In this document: positions 1 through 12,594 of the stretch, in pieces
How positions within the stretch are numbered: the first letter of the stretch is position 1
How the letters are laid out: every line of letters starts with the position of its first letter
Source: Octopus sinensis
Lineage: Eukaryota
NCBI RefSeq assembly: GCF_006345805.1
Contig: NC_043013.1
Location: forward strand, 27,032,001-27,096,000
Length of the DNA: 64,000 nucleotides
Reading direction: 5' to 3'
Notes under the pieces: model-generated
What the model saw: only the letters and a program-made list of their open reading frames with translations
Told to the model about the DNA's origin: nothing
The model's database searches: none
Position numbers and translations under genes: made by a program

Positions 1-452
1 CAGGGTAACTTGGATTTGGTCATTCAACCAGTCATTCAAGTCAGTGCTAGATGAGAAACAACCATCTTTGGTTCAGGATAATATTTGGTCACATACAGCA
101 AGGATGACACTCCAAAGGCTGGAGCAGTTTGAATGGGAAACGATGCCCCACTAACCATATTCATTGGACATTGTCCCATCTGATTATCATTTATTCTGCA
201 GTCTTCAAAACCATTCAGATGGGAAAACTATGAATTCTGTAGATGAGGTCAGAACAGTACTGAAGGAGTATTTTTCATCACAGAGAAGTGAATATTGGAA
301 GAGGGTCCTTGCAAGTCTACCAGATAGATGGAAAAGCATTGTAGAAAATGACGGAGAGTATATTTTAGATTAAAAAAGAATTTTGTTTATCTTAATTTTG
401 AAAAATAAAAGAAGTATAAAAAAAACTGCATTATTTATGGGATGACCTAATA
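1..452 (+). mobile_element. Dead mariner transposon, 3' part (transposase C-terminus plus right TIR)
   Basis: Frame from 74 reads QDNIWSHTAR...H*PYSLDIVPSDYHLF...RWKSIVENDGEYILD*, degenerate DNARPH and HPPYSPDLAPSDYHLF mariner motifs with an in-frame stop. It ends in AACTGCATTATTTATGGGATGACCTAA+TA (~424-452), resembling a mariner TIR plus TA target. Confidence 0.92.
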
Positions 453-1788
453 TGTATGTATATATATGTGTGACTGTGTGTGTGTGTATGTGTTTATATA
501 TATATATGATATATATAGACAGGCATAGATAGATAGGCAGATAGACAAATGTTTTTGTGTAGTGAGGTGGATAACATTATTATCATAACTTAATGTGAAA
601 TATTTTGTGCAAAAAAAAAAGGGAAAAACTATGTATTTAATTCCCCTGGATATTTTTGAACATAATCTTAGCTAATTAGCTTCTGCATTTTTGATTGAAT
701 TTTCTCACCCTTTCCCCCACTCCATTACATTTGGGCTTTTCACTCCTCCTCTCTCTATTTGTCTTTTCCTTTCTTGTTTTAAATTATTACTACTTATAAT
801 TTGTGCATTAGTCTTTTTTCATTCGAATGTAAGGTTGGTTAGTTGTTTTTTTTTTGTTTTCAAATTTTTATTTTTGCTTTTCTTTTATAAGCATATGCAA
901 ATCACATTGCAGTTGTTGTTGTCTTTATTTTTCCAACTCGGCTATTTTACTACTCAAGAAAGATGTTGCTTTTCATTTCTCCCTCTTTTTTTTTTTTGTT
1001 TTTTGATTCTTTTGCTAAACCGTGTTTTCAAAGTTTGTTCGTTTTTATTTTTTTAAAGTTTTTTTTTTGTTTCTATTCATTTTAGTTTTTTTTTTCTTTG
1101 ACTTAATGATAATAATTAGCTGTAGCATATTTCAAATATTGAACATGTAGCACAGTGGGAGGTGAGTGGTAGAGTGTGAGGTGGCTGAGGAACCAAGGCA
1201 AATTAAGCTATTAAAACTAGTCCTGTTTCTGTTGTTACTATTATTAATGTCATTTCTAACATTATCAACTCTTCTTGCAGCAGTTGATTCATTTCCTATA
1301 TTTATTGATTTGCATTTAGTTTCTATGGAAACCTTTTGTTGAAATAGAAGCCGAAACACTTATTGTTAAAAGTTGCTGTAGAAAATGGTTCTGTTTTCAG
1401 CCATTCTTCTACTGTTAGCTTCTGTCATAACCACACTGGATAATTTTGATAAATATGTGTGCTTTTGAACCACATTTCAATTGCACTCACACACTTGCAC
1501 ACATAAACACATGCACTCACACACTTATTTACACACATATTGGCACTCACATACACACACAAACAAACAAACAGTTGAGCTGTTTATTTATAGTTCTGTG
1601 AGAGCTTTCTTAATTTTAAGATAATTCCTTGTTTTTCGATTTTTCTCATTAATCCTGCTACGTCTTTCATTACATGCATCATTCTCTCATAACAGTGGCA
1701 TATATTCTGTCATTCTTGGCTATGCAGAGTCTGGTGATTTTTATCTCATAAAAAAGGGGGCTACCCTTATTTTTGTACTGATATAATA

Positions 1789-2323
1789 TACTCTTTTACT
1801 TGTTTCAGTCATTTGACTGCGGCCATACTGGAGCACCGCCTTTAGTCGAGTAAATCGACCCCAGGACTTATTCTTTGTAAGCCTAATGCTTATTCTATCG
1901 GTCTCTTTTGCCGAACCGCTAATTTACAGGGACATAAACACACCAGCATCGATTGTCAAGCGATGTTGGGGGGACAAACACAGACATACAAACATATACA
2001 CACACATACATACATATGTATCATCATCATCATCATCGTTTAACGTCCGCTTTCCATGCTAGCATGGGTTGGACGGTTCAACTGGGGTCTGGCAAGCCCG
2101 AAGGCTGCACCAGGCCAGTCAGATCTGGCAGTGTTTCTACAGCTGGATGCCCTTCCTAACGCCAACCCTTCCTATATACAACAGGCTTCTTTCAATTTCC
2201 ATTTACCAAATCCACTTTGGTCGACCTGAGGCTATAGTAGAAGGCACTTGCCCAAGGTGCCACGCAGTGGGACTGAATCCGGAACCATGTGGTTGGTAAG
2301 CAAGCTACTTACCACACAGCCAC
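1789..2323 (-). mobile_element. SINE family A (tRNA/CORE-like), interrupted by an E fragment
   Basis: Reverse complement gives a GTGGCTGTGTGGTAAG head, a CCTTGGGCAAGTG core, a central microsatellite and a GACTGAAACAAGTAAAAGAG tail; many copies in the window. Confidence 0.9.
2021..2166 (-). mobile_element. Family E (GAT)n-tailed RTE-type 3' fragment
   Basis: Reverse complement reads GTTGGCGTTAGGAAGGGCATCCAGCTGTAG...GGAAAGCGGACGTTAAACGATGATGATG. Confidence 0.85.
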
Positions 2324-2382
2324 AACTTTCTGTCTTGTTTTTAAAAGTTCTATACATTGTTAATGTAATTATGATTGAAAGG

Positions 2383-2735
2383 TGGTGAGCTGTCAGAAAC
2401 ATTAGCATGCCGGATGAAATGCTTAGCGGTATTTCGTTTCTCTTTACGTTCTGAGTCCAAATTCCACCGAGGTCGACTTGGCCTTTGATGCTTTTGCAGT
2501 TTATAAATTAAGTACCAGTTGTGTACTGGAGTCGACCTAATTAACTGGGTACATCATTATCATCATTGTCGTCATTTAACATCCGCTTTTCATGCTGGCA
2601 TGGGTTATACGGTTTGACTGAGGGCTGGCAAGCCAGAAGGCTGCGCCAGACTCCAATCCAATCTGGCAAAGTTTCTACAGCTGGATGCCCTTCCTAACGC
2701 CAAAAATTTCAGGTCTTGTGCCTAGAGTAGCAAAG
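2383..2735 (+). mobile_element. SINE family C interrupted by an E fragment (~2556-2703)
   Basis: GGTGGTGAGCTGTCAGAAAC head and GAGGTCGACTTGGCCTTT domain; the AAATTTCAGGTCTTGTGCC tail resumes after the E insert. Confidence 0.8.
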
Positions 2736-4098
2736 AATATTACTGTGTTTGAAGAAAGATGGACATACCCATGTGTTGTTGTAGATCTCTTCCACCACCA
2801 TCTTATATGGTATGGTCAGTGAAGGTCATGCTTATGGAAGTAGTGCAAGTCTAGCATACATTAACTAAGTGTGTATGTGTGTGTGCATCTGTCTGCATGT
2901 ATATGAGACCAATGTGGGAATGGTTAACAGTGTGTATGTTTATGTGTGTGTGTGTATGGGGGTTAGTAATAGCAGGTAGGTTATTAATATACAAAAGAAA
3001 GAATGGGTGAGGCATGACTATACCCCAAGGTACACCGGAGTTGTTAGGATGTGCTTCCGAGAGGAAGTTCTTGTGTTAGATCTGGCCAAAGTTTTCCTGT
3101 TGCTAAGCACAATGTTACTGTCATCAAAGTTCTCAACTATGAGAGACCAACCAATGGTAGGTGATGCTTGAAGGACAGACCACTAGTAACTCTGTGCCTT
3201 TGTAGAAATCATAGTGATGGTTATTGAGAGGGGATAGAGTTAGAGATGCTAAAGAAAGGGGTTGTTTACAACTGTTCTACCTCTCTCAAAAGTGAAGGAA
3301 GTTAAAGCAGTGAGACTTACAAGTGGAAGTTTTAGAGATATTTTTTTTTTTCTGTTTGGAATCTGAAGGAATAGAAGACTTAAGATTTTTGTTAGAAGAG
3401 AAAAGATTGAAGAGGTCGTTGCAGATGGGAGCTAATGAAGGATTTCATTGTTTGAAGGTGATGGGAAAGGTACACTACCTTGTTGGGTTGGAATGATCGA
3501 AGAAAGGGGCATTAATGTCGAAGCTGATAATGTTGAACAGGAAGTGTTTAGGGAGTGTTTTATCAGTTTGAACTGTGCAATTGGAACGAATACATGCAGC
3601 AGATGTGATGCACATCTGTTACCAGCATAGGTTTAATGAAACCCTAACCAAATGAACTAAGTACTAGAAGGTTTGGGATATTGACATGTTAGGGCGTTGC
3701 ATTCACAATTGTATGATGATGGTTTCAATTCCCGGACTAGGCTGTGTGTTGTGTTCTTGAGCAAGACTCTTTGTTTCATGTTGCTCTAGTTTACTCAGCT
3801 GTAAATGAATTCCAGCAATTGGAATTCTGTTCAGGGGTGAATGTTACAATCTCAGTCACTTTATGTCTTGGAAATGGGATTAAGCTCCAGCCTCATGAAT
3901 CCTAGGACTCATCACTGACCTAAGGGGGCTAAGAGGGTTCAGGGTAGGGCTGTAGAAGTATGGTGTAGGTTGCCTTTATTAGGCAGTGAACAGATTGGGA
4001 CAAACTCTGTTATGACACAGTATAGAAAACTAGGTTTTTAATTAGTTAAATATTTTGAAATGTTTGCTAAGAGTCATTTTATGAGAACATGTAGCTAT

Positions 4099-4306
4099 TT
4101 AACCCTAGATAATTCTATCAAGCATAAGACTTATTTAGTCAAATTGGTTTCAATTATTTATGCATTATCTCATGGTTTTGAGATTTCGATGATATTGTTT
4201 ATTCTTTGGATGACATTGTAAAGTAGATGTGAGAGACTGAATCTGGTCATAAAACATGCAAGAATATATGGACCTCATGTGGCTGGTTGAAATACTAAAG
4301 GGTTAA
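4099..4306. mobile_element. piggyBac-like MITE family P2
   Basis: TTAA-CCCTAG...CTAAAGGG-TTAA ends; body shared with the copies at 40939, 48378, 51430 and 53342. Confidence 0.75.
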
Positions 4307-5212
4307 ACATACAACAATCTCACCATTATTTTTCTTTTCTTTCTTTTTAATAGTGTCACTTTTAGAAAAAAAATTTTGTTTTGTCTTCGATTCCGATAGA
4401 TTCAGTAAATTGGACAGTTAGCTGGCAGAATCATTAGCATGCTGGGCAAATGCTTAGCAGCATTTCATCTGTCTGTATGTTCTGAGTTCAAATTCTGCCA
4501 AGGTCATCTTTACCTTTCAACCCCTCGGGGTCGATAAAATAAGTATCAGTTGTAGACTGGGGTCAATGTAATCGACTTAGCTCCTCCCCTGAAGTTACTG
4601 TCCTTGTGCCAAAATATGAAACCAATGTATTCAGTAAATTCTTTTATTTTTATCAATTAGTCAAAATGCTCTGTGGGGCCTGACACCCCAAAGAATAAAC
4701 CCAATGTTTCTTCTGCGTGTCATAAAACGAGACTAAAAGAGGTTAAGGTAGGATTTGCACTTGGACCTCGTAAAGCCCTCACCAGCAATAGCTACCCAAA
4801 AAGACCCATGGGTCGGAAGGTTGTTACCCGAGTGGTGCAAAAGTGCCATCCACCAACAAAATGGAGGAAGCAGTGACATGCTCTTACAGTGCCTGCTTCC
4901 TTACTACTGCTGGTCAAGATAAAGGGCAGAGCTGAGGAGGAGGAATGTGTTAGGAAACTAGAGGTATGACCTGAATACTTGCAAGAGTGGATTCTGCCTA
5001 AGGTATCTAAGGACCAGTAAACAGTGTTCAATCCACATGGTAGAGTAAGTCTAGCACTCAAGTAAGCCATGGTGGAATTTGCACTTAACCACTAGGCTAC
5101 ACATCTTCACTAAATGTGAAGTAAAACAGACATCATAATTGTTGTTAATGAGTAACTTTCAGCTGTTTTTCTCAAATAGATGTGAAGTACTTTGTATCTC
5201 AAGATAGAAGAG

Positions 5213-5431
5213 GCGGCAAGCTTGTACAAATGTTTGCACGCCGGGCGAAATGCTTAGCGGTATTTTGTTTGCTGCTATATCCTGAATTCAAATTCCGCTG
5301 AGGTCGACTTTGCCTTTCATCCTTTCGGGGTCGATAAATTAAGTACTAGTTACGCACTGGGGTCGATATAATCGACTTAATCCCTTTGTTTGTCCCCTCT
5401 GTATGTAGCCCCTTGTAGGCAATAAAGAAAT
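5213..5431 (+). mobile_element. Full-length SINE C with 12-bp TSD
   Basis: TSD AAGATAGAAGAG at 5201-5212 and 5432-5443; complete head, central domain and GCCCCTTGTAGGCAATAAAGAAATA tail. Confidence 0.93.
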
Positions 5432-5549
5432 AAGATAGAAGAGTTTGCTACTTCTGTCACCAACTGGAATATGAGGTGCAATGAAACCCGAGTATGATAA
5501 TGCAGAATTGTGACCTTTAGGGAGTAGTTATGAGGACTTTCTTGAAGTA

Positions 5550-6085
5550 AAGGCATGTGGCTTACTGGTTAGTGTATTTAGCTCATGATTGTAAGCTCAG
5601 GAGTTCAATTCCTGGCAGTGTGTTGTGTCCTTGAGCAAGATACTTAATTTCATCTTGTTCCAGTTCACTCTGCTGACAAAAATGTGTAGTTCCTGTGTAT
5701 TTCAAAGGGCCAGCCTTGTTACATTCTGTATCACTCTGAATCTCCCTGAGAAACTACATTATGGGTACATATGTCTGTGGAGTCGAAACAAAAAACTTGA
5801 CTCCAACTCCTCTACTATTGGCACCTCCGACTCCTCTTTATGTAATTAAGTGATTGTGGTCTAAATATCTCATAAATGCATAGAGTAGACTTATATGTTA
5901 TAACTGGTTTATATTAAAGAATAAAGATATTGTGAGTCGAGTCAGTGTAGTTTTACTGACTCCAGCTTCTGAATTGTTTCCAACTCAGAGTCCATGATTC
6001 TGACTCTGACTTCATGGCCCTGGTGCTCAACCATTTGCACATTAATTTGTCAAGCAGGCTGTTCAATTGAATTTACTCAACCTGC
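5550..6085 (+). mobile_element. SINE family B interrupted by a hAT-like MITE
   Basis: TGGCTTACTGG A-box-like and GTTCAATTCC B-box-like motifs, TGTGTCCTTGAGCAAG core; the 3' part resumes at ~6023. Confidence 0.8.
5775..6022. mobile_element. hAT-like MITE (GGAGTC-rich family)
   Basis: Reverse-complement homologue of 33436-33933; right end ...ATGGCCCTG. Confidence 0.75.
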
Positions 6086-6136
6086 AGTATAGCAAGTGAA
6101 ATAAATGTATGTATGTATATATGTATATAATATATG

Positions 6137-6315
6137 CGGCTAGCTGGCAGAAGCATTGGCACACCGGGCGAAATGCTTAGTGGTATGTCATCTGTCTTTA
6201 TGTTCTCAATTCAAATTCTGCCAGGGTCAATAAATTAAGTACCAGTTACGTACTGGGTCAATCTAATTGACTGACCCCTCCCCCAAAATTTCGGGCCTTG
6301 AGCCTAGAGTAGAAA
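6137..6315 (+). mobile_element. SINE C (internally deleted)
   Basis: GCGGCTAGCTGGCAGAA head and AAGTACCAGTTACGTACTGG domain. Confidence 0.8.
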
Positions 6316-6324
6316 ATAATATAT

Positions 6325-6554
6325 ACCTTTGAAACACTCCTTATTTAAACCAGCCATATCTGACCCAAATATTTATGTTTTATGTTCAAACTGGCCAGAT
6401 CTAGCCTCTCATACTTACCCTCCAATGTCATTCTAAAATGATGCAATCAACATCATTGAAATTTCGAGGTTATGATTATAATGCATGATTAATTCAAAAT
6501 AATGTGAATAAATAAGCATTACATTTGACAGAATATGTGAATGCAAAGGGTTAA
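6325..6554. mobile_element. piggyBac-like MITE P2 (reverse orientation)
   Basis: Ends GAATGCAAAGGG-TTAA; body is the reverse complement of other P2 copies. Confidence 0.75.
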
Positions 6555-7698
6555 TCAGTGACAGAATTAGAACTACACTAGAGAAAAAAAAATCTATAAT
6601 GTAGGAAGAAATACTGAAAAGAAAGGACTAGTTTTAATTCAAAGCTGGAACACCTCTTTTGAGTGGTGATGATGCTTAAAAAAAAAAAAAAACTATAATT
6701 GTAATACAAACTTTGTGGTTTTATGTAGTTGCCAGTTAACTTTCAAGTTAAAAATCATATGAAAATTAAAAAAGAAACAAAACTCATTTTGTATCTGTGT
6801 GTCTGTCTAGCTATCTGTATGTGTGTGTGTGTGTTTGTATGTATGTATATATATTTATTTACACACACACACACACACACACACAAACCTTATTTCAGCT
6901 TCTTTATAGTAAAAGGGAAAAGCATTTTTTCGTCACTAATTTTGGTTCCATTTCTTTAGAAATTCAGAAAAATTATTGAGGTCAAATGTTGTGATTGGAT
7001 TAGCTGTCACTTAAGGGAGGAATAAAAAAAAAAAAATCCCCATTTGTTTCGTATCTTATTTAAATTTTTTTATTTTTATTTTACACTCAATAGAATTTTT
7101 TGTTTTGCTTTTTACAGTTACTTTATTTAAAAAAAAAATTTTTTCTATACCATTTGGAGTTTTAATAAATCACATAACTTAAACACCTTCTTGAACTTCC
7201 CTTTGATAAATGCAATTTGAATGTTTTTCTTTTTTTGTTTTTTCTTTTTCTTTTTTTTTGTAATTAATTATCAAAATCAAAAATTCTATGTAAATGCTGT
7301 CTTTGTGAATAACTAAAATTAGTTGATAGAAGAACATTTACTACTTTGGAAGAGTGCGATGATGTTAAGAGAACTTAATTTTAGAATGAAAGAACATTAC
7401 TGTAGCAAATTTGTCCAAAATTTCTTCTTATACTTTTCTCACTTCTTCCTCTCGACTCCTCTCTCTCTTTTTTCTTTTGCTCTATTTCTCTTTTTCATCA
7501 TCTTTCTCTCTCCCTCCCCTCTCTCTCTCTAATATATAAAAAGAATTTTAAGCGTATATACCTTTCTTTAATTTGTCTATTTCTTCTTCCTTTTTATCTC
7601 TCTTTCTCTCATATAATTTTGCAAAGTTTATAAAAAAAAAAGATTTAAAAAAATTACTTTTATCGATTAATATCTTCAATAATAATAATAAAAAATGT

Positions 7699-7935
7699 GC
7701 CTGCCGGATTGGTTGTGTGGCTAAGAAGCTTGCTTTGCAACTGCAGGGTTCCAGGTTCAGTCCCACTGTTTGGCACCTTGGGCAAGTGTTTTCTACTATA
7801 ACCCTGGGCCAACCAATGCCTTGTGAGTGAATTTGGTAAATCGAAGATGTATGGAAGCCCATTGTGTATACAGGTGCACGTGTGTCTTTGTGTTCGTTTA
7901 TATCCCTGTAACTTAACAGTTTGGTACAAGAGGCC
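7699..7935 (+). mobile_element. SINE A, partial
   Basis: GGTTCAGTCCCACTGTTTGGCACCTTGGGCAAGTG core. Confidence 0.8.
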
Positions 7936-8404
7936 AACAGAGTACATCATCATCATTCACATTTGTCACTCATTTTCCTTTCCGGCATGAGGTGAACAGT
8001 TTGACCGGGGGTAGGGAGGGGCAGTTGCATGGCGTCGACAAAAGCACTGAGGTCAATTTCTTTGACTAAAATCCTTCAAGGCAGGGACCCAGCATGGCAA
8101 CAGTCCAGTGACTAAAGTAAGTGAAGGATAAAAGATAAAGATCAAAATTAAAAAAAAAATTTTTTTATCAGAATTATGGTTTATGAGAAAAGGGCCAAAT
8201 GGAGCTGTGATGTTCATACCTTTCCTAAGAACTGCAGCAGTAGAATATTAAGCACAACCAAAAGTTAATATCTGATCCTGGAGTAAGGCATTAAGCTGGG
8301 CAAAGCACTTAGAGGCATTTCACCTGTCTTTACGTTCTGAGTTCAGATTCTGCCAAGGTCAACTTTGCCTTTCATCCTTTTGGGGTCAATAAAATAAGTA
8401 CCAG

Positions 8405-8668
8405 GTTGATGAAAGGTGGGTGAATGGGAAGAGTGGCCAGTGTGAAAGGACCAGTTCTGAGTGTGCACCTGTAAAAAAAAGAAGGGCTCTTGCCCTGTTC
8501 AGGCACCCATGGCTTTTGTGGGTTTTTCCATGAGGACCTTAAAGTGCTTCCCCTATCGAGAGTTTAATTTGTTTAATGTTTAACTGTTATTTATATTGTG
8601 TACATGCGAAAACCCTTTGTATTGTCCTGTTTTTGTATGTGAGCCCTTATGCCCAATAAAAGAATAAA
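8405..8668 (+). mobile_element. LINE 3' end (probably L1/Tx1-like ORF2 C-terminus plus 3'UTR)
   Basis: Frameshifted ERWVN/GRVASVKGPVLSVHL* followed by a T-rich UTR, AATAAAAGAATAAA and an (ATT)n tail; the clade assignment is inference. Confidence 0.55.
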
Positions 8669-9190
8669 TTATTACTATTATTATTATTATTTGGCAAAAT
8701 CATCAAAGTATTTAGAAAAATGTCTTGCAATATTTATTCTGGTTTTTTATATTCTGAGTTCAAATTCTGTCACGGTTGGCTTGTCCTTTTATCCCTTCCT
8801 GGTTGATAAATTAAGTACCAGTTGTGTATTGAGGCCAATGTATTTGACTGTTGACTGTAAACATCGCCTTTCTTACACAAGAAATTTCCCAAAACTTTTT
8901 TGGCAACTTACATTATTATTATTATTATTATTATTTAAGGTAGCCAGCTGGCAGAATTGTTAACAGGTTGGGCAAAGTGCTACGAGGCATTTTGTCTATC
9001 CTTATGTTCTGAATTCAAATTCTACTGAAGTCGACTTTGCTTTTCATCCTTTTTGAGTTCGATAAAATAAATACCAGTTATGCACTGGGGTCGATGTAAT
9101 TGACTTACCCACTTCCCTGAGATTGCTGATCTTGTGCCAAAACTTGAACCCACCATCTGATCCTAGAGTCAACAGACATCTGAAAACCAC

Positions 9191-9418
9191 TTAACTCTTT
9201 CGTTACTGTATTTATTTTGAAATGCTCTGTATTTCTTTCAATTGTTTAAAATATAACAAAGAATTCAGTAATATAACTTAGTTATTATTAAGCTAAGTTA
9301 GGAATATAAATTGTGACTCAGGTTTGGTGGAAGATTTTGATTCAAAACTTAGGAAAACAAGACATTTTGTACTCAGAGTCAGAGCCAGTTTCAGCCAGGT
9401 TGGTAACAAAAGGATTAA
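9191..9418. mobile_element. piggyBac-like MITE family P1
   Basis: TTAA-CTCTTTCGTTAC...GTAACAAAAGGA-TTAA inverted ends; homologues at 51026 and 62377. Confidence 0.85.
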
Positions 9419-10272
9419 TCACAGACATGGAATAGTTCACTTTAAAACATTTCTTTGCTCCCAGACTTTCATTCTAATTTCAAGATCTCAGACCAACTCT
9501 TGTCCTACTTTGCTCTCCTTCTCCACTCAAGAGAAATTAAAATTTTTACTTTTATTTTTTTAACACTGATTCGATATTGTTGTTATTAACTAAACTTGAG
9601 ACAACATGCTTTTAATAAATTGTACAACTTAATAGATTGACACACAGGACAACTGTACACGCATTCATACATACATACTTTCATACACACATACACATGT
9701 CCTCTTTGTCTGTCTGTCTGTCTGTCTCTTCTTTCTTTTTATAATCCTCATCACCAATATCATTGTGTCATCTGAAGTCAACAATAATTTTAAATTATTG
9801 TTTTAACCAATGCCTTAAATGTTAGTTTCTGTTATTATTTTTATTGGCCCTTGTGGCAAATGAGAGTTTATTATTATTATTATTCCCTCCCCCAATCCCC
9901 TCTTCAAAATTGTTAGCCAGCTGGTCTAAGTGGCATGATTGATAATTCTTTCTATAGCCAGTTTTCTTTTTTCTTTTTCTTTTTTTCTTTTTTCTTTTCT
10001 TGTTATAAAGATAAAAAAATAAATGTAAGATTGTTTTTATTATCATTTTAATGTCTTGAGATTATACGCTCAGTGATTGGTTGAGAGCATGGCTGACACC
10101 TCTCACTTGAAACAGTCTTCTTGACATTCCAGCCTAAAAAATAAAATGAGAGAGACAGGGAGAACAGGAAAGACAAAGAGAGAGAGAGAGTAAAAAATTA
10201 TTTTAGGTTATTATTTTATTTTAACTTAAACAGGGGAGGAGGAGGTGACTGTGAGAAAGCAATTCAAATATT

Positions 10273-10767
10273 TATTTTTTTATTACCCACAGGGGGCTAA
10301 ACATAGAGGGGACAAACAAGGACAGACAAAGGGTTTAAGTCGATTACATCGAGTCCAGTGTGTAACTGGTACTTATTTAATCGACCCCTCAAAAGGATGA
10401 AAGGCAAAGTCGACCTCAGCAGAATTTGAACTCAGAACATAATGGCATTTCGCCTGGCGTGCCAAGGATTCTGCCAGCTCACTGCCCTAAGCAATTAAAA
10501 CATTACCAGGGATATGTCTTTCAGTGAATCCAGAAATCCAGTTTTTGTGATGTTACAATGTTCTTTGTTCTAGTCCTTTCTATTAGGCACAATGCCTGAA
10601 ATTTGATTGGGGCAAAGATGATTGCATTGACCCCAGCGCTTAACTAGTACTTATTTCATCGGCCCCGAAAGGATGCCTTGACGGAATTTGAACTCAGAAC
10701 ATGAAGACGGATGAAATGAGGTGAAGCATTTCACCCAGCATGCTAATGATTCTGCCAGCTTGCCACT

Positions 10768-10811
<44 letters not shown>

Positions 10812-11340
10812 TTCAAATTTTGCAACAAGGGTTGTAATTTGGGGTGAGGAGATGAGTCATTTACATCAACCCCAGTGTTTCACTAGTACTTAATTTACCG
10901 ACCCCGAAAGGATAAAAGGCAATGTTGACCTCAGCGGAATTTGGACTCAGACTGTAGTGATGGTTAAAATACTGCTAAACATTTCATCCAGCATGCTAAC
11001 GATTCTGCCAGTTCATCATTTCTTTCTACTATAGGCACAAAGCTTGAAATTGGAAGGGTGGGGAACTGGTCCATCACAGCAACCCTGGTGCTTATTTCAT
11101 TGTCCGTAAACAGATGAAAGGCAAAGTCAACTTTGGAATGATAATAATAATGGTAATCCTTTCTGTTATAGGCACAAGGCCTGAAATTTGGGGGAGGTGG
11201 ATAGTTGATTATGTTGACCCCAGTGTTTCACTGGTACTTAATTTATTGACCCCGAAAGGATGAAAGGCAATGTTGACCTCAGCAGAATTTGAACTCAGCG
11301 ACAGGCAAAATACTGCTAACAATTCTGCCAGCTCGCCACC
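10273..11340 (-). mobile_element. Head-to-tail array of about five SINE C copies
   Basis: GAAAGGATGAAAGGCAAAGTCGACCTC-type motif recurs near 10395, 10670, 10910, 11115 and 11260; (AAT)n lies at several junctions; the first copy has a ~16-bp imperfect TSD. Confidence 0.85.
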
Positions 11341-11365
11341 TTTTTAATAGTATTAATAATAATAG

Positions 11366-12594
11366 AATGCCCTGATACAATACCAGAAATTGGTTCTCAT
11401 GGTTTCTGATTTTAACTGATTGAAAGTGTTATGTACATATTTTGTCTTAGTATAAAAGATGGGCTACAACCAGTGGTGGCTTGTAGATAGGGGAACTGCT
11501 TCAGAAAATTTTTAGCCCTTGTTTTAATATTGAGCAAAAGGAAACAAACATATAAAAAGAAAATTTATACATAAATTTGATTTGTTCGCAATTTAGCCTC
11601 TGCTGGGTAGTGTGTTTAATTTGTTCATTGAACACCACTGCAAATTCCCCTTTGTTTTTCAAAAATCCCCTGAAGCTAGAAGCAGGACAATAATCTAATT
11701 CTACACTTTATCACATTCAAGAATATAAATATGTTTTTAAGCACAACACACATGGAGTCAAAAAGAAACACTACCTTTCACCGGAACACCAGGGTTGGCA
11801 CTGTCGTTCATGCAGTGCTCTCTCTCCCTAACGTGAAGCTTCCTATCTTGGACATGTGACCATGCGCACAACAACCAAACACTGCATCACTGGAACTGAA
11901 GCACACAGTTCTATACAAGCATTTTTGTATTTCTTTCATAAACTAGGGGATTGCTACTGACATTGAACTTAAGGATTATATAATGTACAATTATAAAAAA
12001 AGAATTAAAGACAAAAGGACTAATTATTTTGAATGTTATCGATAATATTAAGTGGAAATAGGGGGTGCTGCAGTTTCACAGTGCCTATACACGAGCCACC
12101 ACTGGTTATAACAAATATTCTACTCATTAGCACAGATTTGCTTGTCAGTTGTTTGACGTTAACCAGTTGAGCATGTCCCTTAGTGGCTGACGATATATGC
12201 ATCTCTGATCACAAGCAGAAGTAGTTGGGGAGCATCATAGCCAAATGTTGAGAGGAATTCTTTGAGGTTTCAATAATTGACTCCTGGAATCAGGGGTGTT
12301 TTGTTCAACCCTAACCCTTAAACAACCTTTATTCAGACACCTTTTGAGTGGGATGGGCTACTCGACTTGAAAAAAAATTCTAACTGGGCCTCACCTGCAA
12401 GGTCGTGCTGTTTATTTTGATATGAGATCACTATGTTGTGCACATATGGTTATGATGTATGTGCCTGGTGTACCCTTAATAGACAGGTAGTCATGATAGG
12501 TGTATTGAGCTTCATATATTTGTATCCCAGTGTCACTTTGATGGCATGCACTACTCTCTCACTCAGTAGTAATAATGATGATAATAATAATAAT
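11366..12594 (+). mobile_element. (AAT)n-tailed retroelement 3' region, split by a hAT-like MITE
   Basis: Homologous to 59300-59844 (opposite strand); ends CTCTCTCACTCAG plus an AAT-rich tail. Confidence 0.75.
11471..12104. mobile_element. ~630-bp hAT-like non-autonomous element
   Basis: TIR CAGTGGTGGCTTG / CGAGCCACCACTG; 8-bp TSD GCTACAAC / GTTATAAC (6/8 match). Confidence 0.8.

Noticed and set aside
1132-1359. Minus-strand 75-aa ORF in non-repeat DNA
   Set aside because: Stop immediately upstream, weak acceptor and no recognisable homology.
2990-3630. Purine-rich stretch with faint LINE-like words on the minus strand (LAPI..LFNL)
   Set aside because: Too degenerate to assign a clade or frame.
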